Source: a bacterium (GTDB lineage Bacteria; Zhuqueibacterota; Zhuqueibacteria; Residuimicrobiales; Krinioviventaceae). Taken from it: 64,000 nt of DNA. Position 1 is the first letter of the stretch; every line of letters starts with the position of its first letter. The stretch lies in assembly GCA_963693055.1 (NCBI GenBank), contig OY843751.1, forward strand, positions 6,471,008-6,535,007. Reading direction: 5' to 3'. This document shows, piece by piece, positions 1 to 8,807 of the stretch. Position numbers and translations under genes: made by a program. Below the pieces are notes generated by a model. It was not told the DNA's origin, did no database searches, and worked only from the letters and a program-made list of their open reading frames with translations.

Positions 1-1317
1 TCCATTGTGCCCAATAGTGTATTGGCAGGGAATGGAAAAACAGCTCCAAGTGATAAATTAAATATAGCCGCAATTGGTATTGGTGGCAAAGGGAAATCTG
101 ATATAAGTGGCGTAAGTTCTGAAAATGTAATAGCGCTTTGCGATGTTGATGATACCATGTTCAGTAAATTTAAAGAACATGTAGATAGAGATAAAGAAAA
201 ACATCCTAACCTGCCCACACTGTTCAAGAATGCAAAACGTTTTCGTGATTTTCGCGAAATGTTAGATTCTATGCCGGAAATTGATGCTGTAACTATCAGT
301 ACTCCGGACCATACACATGCTACAATCGCTATGAAAGCGATGAGTCTGAAAAAACATGTTTATTGCCAGAAACCTTTGACCCACTCTGTATATGAAGCAC
401 GTATGCTTGCCGAAACAGCTAAAAATATGGATGTTGTAAGCCAAATGGGTAACCAGGGCCATGCAAGTGAAGATGCACGCCTGATCAATGAATGGATCTG
501 GGACGGTGCAATTGGTGATGTTACCCGCGTTCATGTTTGGACCAACCGTCCGGTATGGCCACAGGGTATTGATGCACCCAAAGAAATTCCTTCAGTTCCC
601 CCGACACTCGATTGGGACCTGTTCCTGGGACCTGCCCCATGGCGTCCTTACCATCCTGCATATCATCCATTTGCATGGAGAGGCTGGAAAGATTTCGGAA
701 CAGGTGCTGTTGGTGATATGGGTGCGCACTTGATTGATCATCCCTGGTGGGCTTTGAAACTGGAAGCTCCTGAAACTATTCAAGCTTCTTCTTCTGACTT
801 GTGGTCAGATTCTTTTCCGTTGGCATCTACAGTACATTTTACATTCCCAAAACGTGGAAAAATGGCACCTGTTGAATTGACATGGTATGATGGTGGATTA
901 ACACCTCCTCGTCCAAAAGAATTGGAAGATGGTCGTCGCATGGGTGACGGCGGTGGTGGTGTATTGTTTGTTGGTACAGAAGGAACCATTATGTGTGGTA
1001 CTTATGGCAGCAGCCCGCGTATCATTCCAGAAGCCAAGATGAAAAAATACAAACAACCCAAGAAAACCATCGAACGTTCACCTGGTATTTACGCGGAATG
1101 GATCCAGGCTATTAAGGAAGGAAAGAAATCAACCACTGATTTTTCATATTCCGGTCCCCTGACTGAAGCTATGATGCTTGGAAATATTGCAACATTGTTA
1201 CAGGATGATAACAAAATCCTGCAATGGGATGCAAAAAATATGAAATTCACCAACCATGATAAAGCAAATGAACTTGTTCATACCGACTATCGCAAGGGTT
1301 GGAAATTAGAATATTAA
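1..1317 (+). CDS. Gfo/Idh/MocA family NAD-dependent oxidoreductase (5'-partial; frame is open to the window edge)
   Basis: Rossmann IGIGGKG, STPDHTH, YCQKP and GDMGAH motifs. Positions 1-6 are in frame with no stop, so the true start is probably upstream. Confidence 0.9.
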   Translation, partial: SIVPNSVLAGNGKTAPSDKLNIAAIGIGGKGKSDISGVSSENVIALCDVDDTMFSKFKEHVDRDKEKHPNLPTLFKNAKRFRDFREMLDSMPEIDAVTISTPDHTHATIAMKAMSLKKHVYCQKPLTHSVYEARMLAETAKNMDVVSQMGNQGHASEDARLINEWIWDGAIGDVTRVHVWTNRPVWPQGIDAPKEIPSVPPTLDWDLFLGPAPWRPYHPAYHPFAWRGWKDFGTGAVGDMGAHLIDHPWWALKLEAPETIQASSSDLWSDSFPLASTVHFTFPKRGKMAPVELTWYDGGLTPPRPKELEDGRRMGDGGGGVLFVGTEGTIMCGTYGSSPRIIPEAKMKKYKQPKKTIERSPGIYAEWIQAIKEGKKSTTDFSYSGPLTEAMMLGNIATLLQDDNKILQWDAKNMKFTNHDKANELVHTDYRKGWKLEY

Positions 1318-1325
1318 TAAAATCA

Positions 1326-1360
1326 GGACCTGCCGGTCCATTACCGGCGGGTCTTTTCCT
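1326..1360 (+). terminator. Intrinsic terminator-like hairpin
   Basis: GGACCTGCCGGT-ccatt-ACCGGCGGGTCT followed by a T-rich run, just after the stop at 1317. Confidence 0.6.
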
Positions 1361-1391
1361 TTCTTCAAGTTTATCAAATATAGGATGACTC

Positions 1392-2837
1392 ATGAGTATT
1401 AGAAAATCTATAAAGCTGGCGCTGATTGGTGCCCTGATTTTGGTCTGTTCGGTAATGACTTTTGCCGAAGAACTTCCTACAACTTATCATCCCGCTACCG
1501 ATGCTTATGAAGGATGGCGACTGGGTGCACAGGCATACACCTTTAACCGTTACACTTTTTATGAAGCATTGGATAAGATGGCATCTTTGGGACTCGATTG
1601 GGTTGAAATGTACCCGGGACAGGTAATCAGCAAAGATGACCCAAACATGAAAACCACCACAGACATGCCCGCAGAAAAAAGAGCTGAAATTAAAGCCAGA
1701 TTAAAAGAATATGGAATGACCCTGGTAAATTACGGTGTGATCAGCCTTCCGAATGATGAAAAAGAGTGCCGTAAAGTTTTTGATTTTTGTAAAGACATGG
1801 GTATTGAAACCATAGCTTCTGAACCCCCGGAAGAAGCATTTGATTTGATTGATAAATTGTGTCAGGAATACAAGATCAATGTAGCTATTCACAATCATCC
1901 CAAACCTTCTCATTACTGGGATCCTGAAACTGTTCTTAAAGTTTGCAAGGGCCGCAGCAAATATATTGGTGCGATGGGAGACACGGGTCATTGGATGCGT
2001 TCTGGCATTGATCCCAAAGAAGCGATTGAAAAATTGGGTGATCGCCTGATTGCTTTACATTTTAAAGATTTGAATTCTTTTGGTAGAAAAGACGCTCACG
2101 ATGTTCAGTGGGGTACCGGAAAAGCAGATGTTAAAGGTATTATGGAGCTGCTGCACAAACAGGGCTACAAAGGTACATTTTCAATTGAATATGAACACAA
2201 TTGGGAATATTCAGTACCTGAAATTCGGGACTGTGTAAAATATTTTAATCATGTTGCGCAATCATTGAATCCTTCCGGTTGGAAGTGCCTGCTCAAGTGC
2301 GACCTGTCAAATGCTGTTATGAATCCAGGCGCCTGGACCTGGGAAAATGGCGAACTGACCTGGCATCATAAAGGTTATATTTGGACTGAAGAACGATATG
2401 GCGATTTTATTCTGGATGTAGAATACAAAGTTTCAGAAGGCGCAAACAGTGGTGTCTTTTTCCGTTGCAGTGATCTTGACAATACTGTTCATACCAGCAT
2501 TGAGGTGCAAGTACATGAAACTTCCGATGGTGCAAGGATTGGTATGTGCGGAGCAATTTATGACGTAAAAGCACCCAAAGTTCAAAACCAGAAAAAAGCC
2601 AATGAATGGAACCATTATACTATTACTTGTAAAGACAATATGATATGGGTTGTACAAAATGGTGAACAGATCGTTGAAATGGATTTGAATGACTGGACCG
2701 AAGCTGGTAAAAATCCCGATGGTACCCCGAATAAATTCAAATATGCCTATAAAGATATGGTTAGAGAAGGCCATATAGGTTTTCAGGACCACGGACAGCC
2801 TGTTTGGTTTAGAAATTTGAAAATTAAAGAATTATAA
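1392..2837 (+). CDS. Secreted sugar-phosphate isomerase/epimerase (xylose-isomerase-like TIM barrel) fused to C-terminal DUF1080 (3-keto-glycoside hydratase-like)
   Basis: Signal peptide. TIM-barrel motifs IHNH, DTGHW, LHFKD and SIEYE. DUF1080 motifs NSGVFFR, EVQV, GAIYD and GHIGFQDHG..VWFRNLKI. Confidence 0.85.
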   Translation: MSIRKSIKLALIGALILVCSVMTFAEELPTTYHPATDAYEGWRLGAQAYTFNRYTFYEALDKMASLGLDWVEMYPGQVISKDDPNMKTTTDMPAEKRAEIKARLKEYGMTLVNYGVISLPNDEKECRKVFDFCKDMGIETIASEPPEEAFDLIDKLCQEYKINVAIHNHPKPSHYWDPETVLKVCKGRSKYIGAMGDTGHWMRSGIDPKEAIEKLGDRLIALHFKDLNSFGRKDAHDVQWGTGKADVKGIMELLHKQGYKGTFSIEYEHNWEYSVPEIRDCVKYFNHVAQSLNPSGWKCLLKCDLSNAVMNPGAWTWENGELTWHHKGYIWTEERYGDFILDVEYKVSEGANSGVFFRCSDLDNTVHTSIEVQVHETSDGARIGMCGAIYDVKAPKVQNQKKANEWNHYTITCKDNMIWVVQNGEQIVEMDLNDWTEAGKNPDGTPNKFKYAYKDMVREGHIGFQDHGQPVWFRNLKIKEL

Positions 2838-2840
2838 GCA

Positions 2841-2866
2841 AAAAACGCCCCTTGCGGGCGTTTTTG
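2841..2866 (+). terminator. Intrinsic terminator
   Basis: AAAAACGCCC-cttgc-GGGCGTTTTT immediately after the stop at 2837. Confidence 0.8.
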
Positions 2867-3041
2867 TGGTTTAAGTGATTGTTTTTAAACGAATTCAATT
2901 TTATATTGTTTTTGTTTGCATATTTTTTTAATACATGTTATATTATTCCTGCGGTTTGATTTGAAACCTTTGAGCAGTCAGATCGTTAAATATTTAACAT
3001 GAAATTAAGTATATTGGCATATGAAAAAGGAGAGTATAGCC

Positions 3042-3743
3042 ATGTTGAGTAAATTCCTGATGCGTACCTATATTTTGTCATTTGCATTGACTTTGACGTT
3101 GTCAGTAGTTGGTGTAGATATTTTGACATCTAGAGCACAAGCGCAAGATATGGAACCGATTCCACTGGAATTGCCCAAACCGATGTTTGTGGGAACTCCT
3201 CAAAATTTGAACGTACCAAATCTTGAAAAACCATTGGGTAAAGCCCGTGCACCATTTTTGGCACCTAAAGGCACAGTAAATGTTGCTGAAGGTAAACCGG
3301 TAACCAGTACAGATGATATGCCTATTATTGGTGAAATTGATATGATTACCGATAATGACAAAGAAGCCGCAGATGGTAGTTATGTAGAGCTTGGACCCTT
3401 TTTGCAGCATGTAACCATTGATCTTGAAGAAAAATGCGATATTTATGCAGTTGTTTTGTGGCATTTCCACAAACAGGCACGTGTTTATTTTGATGTAATT
3501 GTTCAGGTTGCAGATGATGCTGATTTTACTCAGAATGTATCAACTATTTATAATAATGATATTGATAATTCAGCCGGTTTAGGTGCTGGTAGTGATAAGC
3601 ATTATGTTGAAACTTCTGAAGGTCGTCTGATTGATGCCAAAGGTGTTAAAGGCCGCTATGTTCGCTGTTATAGCGCTGGCAATAGCAATAACGACCTTAA
3701 CCACTATATCGAAGTCGCCGTATACGGCAAACCGGTGAAGTGA
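3042..3743 (+). CDS. Secreted discoidin/F5-8 type C-like (galactose-binding fold) protein
   Basis: AAGGAG RBS before the ATG at 3042 (ORF track starts at 3021). Signal peptide. Motifs NVAEGKPVTS, VTIDL and GRYVRCYS..NHYIEVAVYG are typical of F5/8C-like domains. Confidence 0.65.
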   Translation: MLSKFLMRTYILSFALTLTLSVVGVDILTSRAQAQDMEPIPLELPKPMFVGTPQNLNVPNLEKPLGKARAPFLAPKGTVNVAEGKPVTSTDDMPIIGEIDMITDNDKEAADGSYVELGPFLQHVTIDLEEKCDIYAVVLWHFHKQARVYFDVIVQVADDADFTQNVSTIYNNDIDNSAGLGAGSDKHYVETSEGRLIDAKGVKGRYVRCYSAGNSNNDLNHYIEVAVYGKPVK

Positions 3744-5350
3744 AAACACAAAAACTAATTCTTTTTATAATAGTACTATTAGCTGCGGCAGTCATACGCT
3801 TGCCGCAGCTTTCTATTCGTGCCCTGCACACGGATGAAGCCATTCATGCTGTAAAACTTGGGGAATTGATTGAACACAATAACTACAAGTATGACTGGCA
3901 CGAGTATCATGGTCCTACATTAAATTATTTTTCCCTTGTTCCTGCTGTTTTAAGAGGCCAGTTTACATACCCTGAACTTGACGAGTTTACTTTGCGAGTG
4001 GTTACTGTATTTTTTGGTCTGCTGCTTATTCTCTTATTGTTTCCCCTTGTAAATGGTCTTGGCTGGCCTATTGTATTATCGGCCGGGATCTTTACGGCAA
4101 TTTCTCCGGTGATGGTGTTTTACAGCCGATATTATATTATGGAAATCTTGTTGGTTGCGTTTTCATTTGGGGTAATTGTTTCCGCTTATCGATATTTAAA
4201 GACCCATCATATTGCCTGGGTTATATGGATGGGAGTTTTTATTGGGTTGATGCACGCTACCAAAGAGACCTGCATTATTGTGTGGGGAGCTATGGGGCTT
4301 GCATTGCTGATAAATGCTTTTGCGTGGCACCCTATTGCCACTCGTGAATATTTAAAGCTGATCCGTTGGGACCATGTAGCCGCCCTGTTTTTGTCCGCTG
4401 TAGGTATATCGATATTATTCTTTTCTTCTTTTTTTGCAAATCCGCGTGGTATTATTGATTCTGTTATTACATTTACCAATTATTTCAACAAAGCGGGTAA
4501 TTTTGATATTCATATATATCCCTGGTACTGGTATCTAAAAATATTATTATATAATCCTGCTTCTTATGGTGTGAACTGGAGTGAGGGGTTTATCTTTGCA
4601 TTTGCACTGCTGGGTTTCTTTGCTGTTTTCAGTGGGCGCTGCAGTTCCCGGATTGATGAAAATTTACTCAGGTTTATAGCATTATTTACATTGATATTAA
4701 CTGTGCTATATTCCGCTATACCTTACAAAACCCCCTGGATTGTTCTCGGATTCTGGCATGGATTTGTTATTATGGCAGCCGCTGGCGCGGTTTACATGTT
4801 GTCAACAATACGCAACCGCATGGTAATTGGCGGTATTGTTTTTCTGTTGCTGTTAGGCTCTGCCAACTTGTTATGGCAATCTCTGCTGGGAAATTTTAAA
4901 TATTATGACGATCCTGCCAATCCCTGGGTTTTTTCTCATCCGCAAAAAGATGTTTTTGCCATTAGAGACAAAGTAAGAGCAGTTGCGAAATATCATCCGG
5001 ATGGTAAGAACGTTCGTATTGATGTGATTTGTGCTGGTGGCGATTATTGGCCATTACCCTGGTATTTACGTGAGTTTCCCAGAATTGGCTGGTGGAATGA
5101 GGTAAACATGGATACACCAGCGTCACCCATAGTGCTTGTTTCTCCTGATTTAGAGTCTGAACTGGCACGGAAATTGTATGAAATTCCGCCACCGGGTCAC
5201 CGGGAGTTGTATATGCCTCTGTTTGACGATTACCGCGAACTGCGGCCAATGATTGAAATTAGAGGCTATGTTGTAAAATCTTTGTTTGATAGATACTACT
5301 ATGAACAACCACCAATCATAAATCAAGAAAAGGAAAATGAAAGAGAATGA
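3740..5350 (+). CDS. GT-C fold membrane glycosyltransferase, TIGR03663/Agl23-like (PMT_2/GT39-related)
   Basis: LHTDEAIH, YHGP, FYSRYYIME, ATKE, PYKTPW and YWPLPWYLR motifs. Many TM segments. GTG start overlaps the upstream stop. Confidence 0.75.
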   Translation: MKTQKLILFIIVLLAAAVIRLPQLSIRALHTDEAIHAVKLGELIEHNNYKYDWHEYHGPTLNYFSLVPAVLRGQFTYPELDEFTLRVVTVFFGLLLILLLFPLVNGLGWPIVLSAGIFTAISPVMVFYSRYYIMEILLVAFSFGVIVSAYRYLKTHHIAWVIWMGVFIGLMHATKETCIIVWGAMGLALLINAFAWHPIATREYLKLIRWDHVAALFLSAVGISILFFSSFFANPRGIIDSVITFTNYFNKAGNFDIHIYPWYWYLKILLYNPASYGVNWSEGFIFAFALLGFFAVFSGRCSSRIDENLLRFIALFTLILTVLYSAIPYKTPWIVLGFWHGFVIMAAAGAVYMLSTIRNRMVIGGIVFLLLLGSANLLWQSLLGNFKYYDDPANPWVFSHPQKDVFAIRDKVRAVAKYHPDGKNVRIDVICAGGDYWPLPWYLREFPRIGWWNEVNMDTPASPIVLVSPDLESELARKLYEIPPPGHRELYMPLFDDYRELRPMIEIRGYVVKSLFDRYYYEQPPIINQEKENERE

Positions 5351-6296
5351 CATTTCGCTGGACCGGACCATCCATCCGGAGGGCGTAGCCGCCCAAAAAA
5401 ATGTGCACCGTTTTGAACACGAAGCCATGGGCACCGTATATGAAATTTATATTGCGGACCAGGATAAGCAATACGCAGCCCAGGCAGCACATGAAGGTTT
5501 TATTTTACTTGACCAGCTCGAAGGGGACCTCAGCAAGTATGTAGAGGGGAGCGATATTACCCGTATTAATGTAGCTGCAGCAGATACTCCGGTAAGGGTA
5601 GGACAGGATGCGTTCGATTGCCTGCTTGCCTGCCAGGAATTTTTCAACCATACCAACGGCATATTTGATGTGACGATAGGTTCGTTGATGCAGTTGTGGC
5701 TGAACCCAGACAAGTCTTTACGTAATCCCTCCAAATCTGAAATTGAAAAGGTTTTAAATGAGACCGGCATGGATCACCTCTTTTTTGATGTGGATGATTT
5801 TTCCATTTCAAAATCGTTGGATTCTGTCAATATTGATCTGGGTGGGTATGGCAAAGGATATGCGGTTGATGAAATGGCAACGCAGCTTGAAGAGTGGGAC
5901 ATTGAAAACATGCTCATTCATGGCGGTTACAGTTCTGTTGTTTCACGTGGACGCATGCCGGGACGCGCAGGCTGGCCTGTGTCTATAACCGATCCCTTTA
6001 CTAACAAAGTGCTGGAAAAGATTGATCTCGAGAATAATGCCATGTGCAGTTCGGGATTGATGAAGGGCAGTCACATTATTGATCCCCGTAGTGGTGAACC
6101 CTTGAAACGTAAACGGGCAACCTGGGTATTTACCCCGGATGCAGCAGAAGGTGACGCATTATCAACAGCATTCATGGTAATGGATTTTGAAGAAATTGAG
6201 CAGTATATTGAGGATTTTCCTGAAGTGTCTGTGCTGATTGTATCTGAAGAAGATGGCAAAAAGCAGGTGCTGCGTTTAGGCAGACAGTGGGACTAG
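5337..6296 (+). CDS. apbE: FAD:protein FMN transferase (ApbE family)
   Basis: AMGT, FDVTIG, IDLGGYGKGYAVD, HIIDPRSG and DALSTA motifs. Confidence 0.88.
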   Translation: MKENDISLDRTIHPEGVAAQKNVHRFEHEAMGTVYEIYIADQDKQYAAQAAHEGFILLDQLEGDLSKYVEGSDITRINVAAADTPVRVGQDAFDCLLACQEFFNHTNGIFDVTIGSLMQLWLNPDKSLRNPSKSEIEKVLNETGMDHLFFDVDDFSISKSLDSVNIDLGGYGKGYAVDEMATQLEEWDIENMLIHGGYSSVVSRGRMPGRAGWPVSITDPFTNKVLEKIDLENNAMCSSGLMKGSHIIDPRSGEPLKRKRATWVFTPDAAEGDALSTAFMVMDFEEIEQYIEDFPEVSVLIVSEEDGKKQVLRLGRQWD

Positions 6297-7018
6297 TGAT
6301 AGTTTCGCATTTCTTTGGTGATTTCCCACATTTCCAGTAACATATTCATAAAGGTACGCGTGGGCGCCAACCGGCTGTCCACGTCTGCGTACCAGTCAAT
6401 GGGGAATTCTTTGATTCGATAATTATTTTTCAATGCCTTGAGCAAGATTTCAATATCAAACAGAAAACCGTCGGTGGTGCATTCTGCATATAACCGGCGG
6501 CCAATGTCTCCCTTGTACATTTTTAATCCGCATTGGGTATCTGTGACCCAGTCCGGAATGCCCATTAATATTCTTGCTACACGTCGAAAGATGAGAGATG
6601 TGATTTGCCGTGCTTTAAGATGGGGACGTACAATGCGGCTTTCAGGCAATCGTCGTGAGGCGTTTGCAATGTCGCACTGGTCTGTTTGCAATAATTCTAT
6701 TCCCCGGCTTACTTGCTCCCAGGGCACAGTGTTACCGCTGTCAATAAACATGATGTATTTGCCATTCGATTCCTGCATGCCCTGACGCACCGCGTAACCT
6801 TTACCGCGGTTGGGTGTATAATGAATTACCTCTTTTTTAATTTTCGAGGGAACGTCCGCAAGAATAGCGGATTCCGCCGTATAGTCGGTACTGCCGTCAT
6901 CCACAATAATAATCTCACCTTCAAGATTGTGGTTTTCAAGAAACGTAGATGCTTCTAAAATATCACGTCTTATCTTTTTGTGCTCATTATATGCTGGTAT
7001 AATAATGGACAGATCCAT
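6293..7018 (-). CDS. GT2 glycosyltransferase, polyprenol/dolichyl-phosphate glucosyltransferase-like
   Basis: SIIIPAYNE, VDDGSTD, NRGKGYAVRQG, DTQCGLK and FLFDIEIL motifs. Confidence 0.88.
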   Translation of the reverse strand: MDLSIIIPAYNEHKKIRRDILEASTFLENHNLEGEIIIVDDGSTDYTAESAILADVPSKIKKEVIHYTPNRGKGYAVRQGMQESNGKYIMFIDSGNTVPWEQVSRGIELLQTDQCDIANASRRLPESRIVRPHLKARQITSLIFRRVARILMGIPDWVTDTQCGLKMYKGDIGRRLYAECTTDGFLFDIEILLKALKNNYRIKEFPIDWYADVDSRLAPTRTFMNMLLEMWEITKEMRNYH

Positions 7019-7375
7019 ATTCGCCGCCGGGATTTGTTGATGGTTACCTGTTTACTAATATATAAAATTGCCATAATGGAAGCAAGCAAGATTGTGTAAG
7101 CAATTGTTAAATCCGTTTTGCGGCTCTGCCCGAGCCAGAAAAACAGTGAGGGAAATAATGATGATAGTTGCGAGCATATCTTTTAGAGGTCAATTCTTTT
7201 TTTTCGTAACCGAGAAACCCAAGTGTGCTGCATAATACAGAATAAAGTGGAAACTGACAGAATCCATGTAACCCATGTTATATACATGCGTATGCTCACA
7301 AGAAAGAGGGATGGAAACAGCATTTATGATTGTTGTTTTTATCAAATATGATTTCATTTAAGGAGAATATATATT

Positions 7376-8311
7376 ATGCAGACCATATTGGGTTCAGGGG
7401 GTGCCATAGGTGTAGAATTGGCAAAAGCCCTTATGCAACATACAGAGGATATCCGCCTGGTGAGCAGGAATCCTGAAAAAGTAAATCCAACGGATCAGCT
7501 TTTGGCGGCCGATCTTTTAAATCCTGACGAGGTCCAAAAAGCGGTTAAAGGATCAGAGGTGGTGTATTTGACGGTGGGATTGCCTTATAATTTCAAAATA
7601 TGGCAAGCCAAATGGCCGGTGATTGTGCAGAATGTAATTGACGCATGCAAGCAGCACAAGAGCAAACTGGTGTTTTTTGACAATATTTACATGTATGATC
7701 CCGATTGCCTGTCACACATGACAGAAGAGACCCCCATCCGTCCGGTCAGCAAAAAAGGAGCAATACGAGCAGCATTGGTTGAAATGATTTTCGACAGCGT
7801 GGAAAAGGGCGAGTTGCAGGCACTGGTAGCCCGGTCAGCGGATTTTTATGGTCCGTCGATAAAAAATACCAGCGTCATGACAGAAACGGTGTTCAACTAT
7901 TTGGTGCGTGGTAAAAAAGCCATCTGGTTGGCGGACGCGAACAAAAAACACTCGTACACCTATACCCCGGATGCGGGCAGGGCCACGGCTTTGCTGGGCA
8001 ATACCGATGGAGCTTATAACCAGGTCTGGCATTTACCCACAGCCCCCAATCCTTTCACGGGTAAAGAGTGGGTAGAGGCCATTGCAAAGGAACTGGGGGT
8101 TGCGCCCAAATACATGGTTGCTTCACGATTCATGATGCGCATGATTGGATTGTTTGACATCACCATGAAAGAGGTGGTTGAAATGATGTACCAGAATGAC
8201 CGGGACTATGTGTTTGACAGCAGCAAGTTTGAAAACCGGTTTGGGTTCAAGCCTGCATCGTATGAAGATGGTATTCGCTATATTGTCAACTTGGATTATA
8301 AAAAGGGGTGA
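7376..8311 (+). CDS. NAD-dependent epimerase/dehydratase (extended SDR) family protein
   Basis: AAGGAG RBS. GSGGAIG Rossmann motif, FFDNIYMY and ARSADFYGP. Confidence 0.85.
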   Translation: MQTILGSGGAIGVELAKALMQHTEDIRLVSRNPEKVNPTDQLLAADLLNPDEVQKAVKGSEVVYLTVGLPYNFKIWQAKWPVIVQNVIDACKQHKSKLVFFDNIYMYDPDCLSHMTEETPIRPVSKKGAIRAALVEMIFDSVEKGELQALVARSADFYGPSIKNTSVMTETVFNYLVRGKKAIWLADANKKHSYTYTPDAGRATALLGNTDGAYNQVWHLPTAPNPFTGKEWVEAIAKELGVAPKYMVASRFMMRMIGLFDITMKEVVEMMYQNDRDYVFDSSKFENRFGFKPASYEDGIRYIVNLDYKKG

Positions 8312-8355
8312 TAAGACTTTCGACGGAGCTGCAATGAGCGTAGTGAAAAGAAATA

Positions 8356-8494
8356 AACCGCGGAAAACGCGGAATGACACGGAAAGTAGAGCGAAAAGAA
8401 CCACAGATAGCGCGTTATGAAACGGAAAGTTGTACGAAAAGAACCACAGATGAATCCGCCAGTGGGCGGACAGGCGCTGATAAACGCAGATAAA
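8356..8494. repeat. Degenerate tandem repeat, three ~43-bp units
   Basis: Units begin AACC at 8356, 8399 and 8442. 8379-8408 and 8422-8451 match at 27/30 positions. Confidence 0.7.
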
Positions 8495-8497
8495 AAC

Positions 8498-8532
8498 AAG
8501 ATCGTGACAGAGATTATCTCTGTCACGATCTT
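8498..8532. repeat. Perfect 35-bp palindrome (17-bp arms, 1-nt centre), REP-like
   Basis: AAGATCGTGACAGAGAT-t-ATCTCTGTCACGATCTT. Confidence 0.85.
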
Positions 8533-8551
8533 TATGGCTGCTGTTTTTTTA

Positions 8552-8577
8552 GGTTCCAGTGGCTCTGCCCTGGAACC
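8552..8577. repeat. REP-like hairpin
   Basis: GGTTCCAG-tggctctgcc-CTGGAACC. Confidence 0.5.
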
Positions 8578-8596
8578 AGAGGGGATTTTGTTAATT

Positions 8597-8628
8597 CATT
8601 TAAACGCAGAGACCCAATGAGCGCAGAG
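8597..8628. repeat. Left arm of the imperfect inverted repeat flanking the defence operon
   Basis: CATTTAAACGCAGAGACCCAATGAGCGCAGAG matches the reverse complement of 12629-12658 at 25/30 aligned positions with one 2-nt gap. Confidence 0.65.
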
Positions 8629-8807
8629 AAAAACAGTAACCATAATGATCGAAAATAAAGAATCAATCTATATTTATATTGATGAATTAAAATAATATTT
8701 TGTTTTTATTAATGAATTTGTTTAATTGTAAAAAGGTTAATGGGGTGGATATGGAGCTAGGGATAAAAAATAATTAAGGGGTATAGATTACTAAAGAGGG
8801 GAAAGAT

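Noticed and set aside
8356-8494. Possible mini CRISPR array
   Set aside because: Only three degenerate units, the intervening parts resemble each other and are too short to be unique spacers, and no cas genes are in the window.
8123-8620. Short ORFs 8123-8404, 8196-8420, 8296-8526 and 8417-8620
   Set aside because: They are translations of the repeat/palindrome cluster. The palindrome gives the same peptide (TEIISVTI) on both strands.
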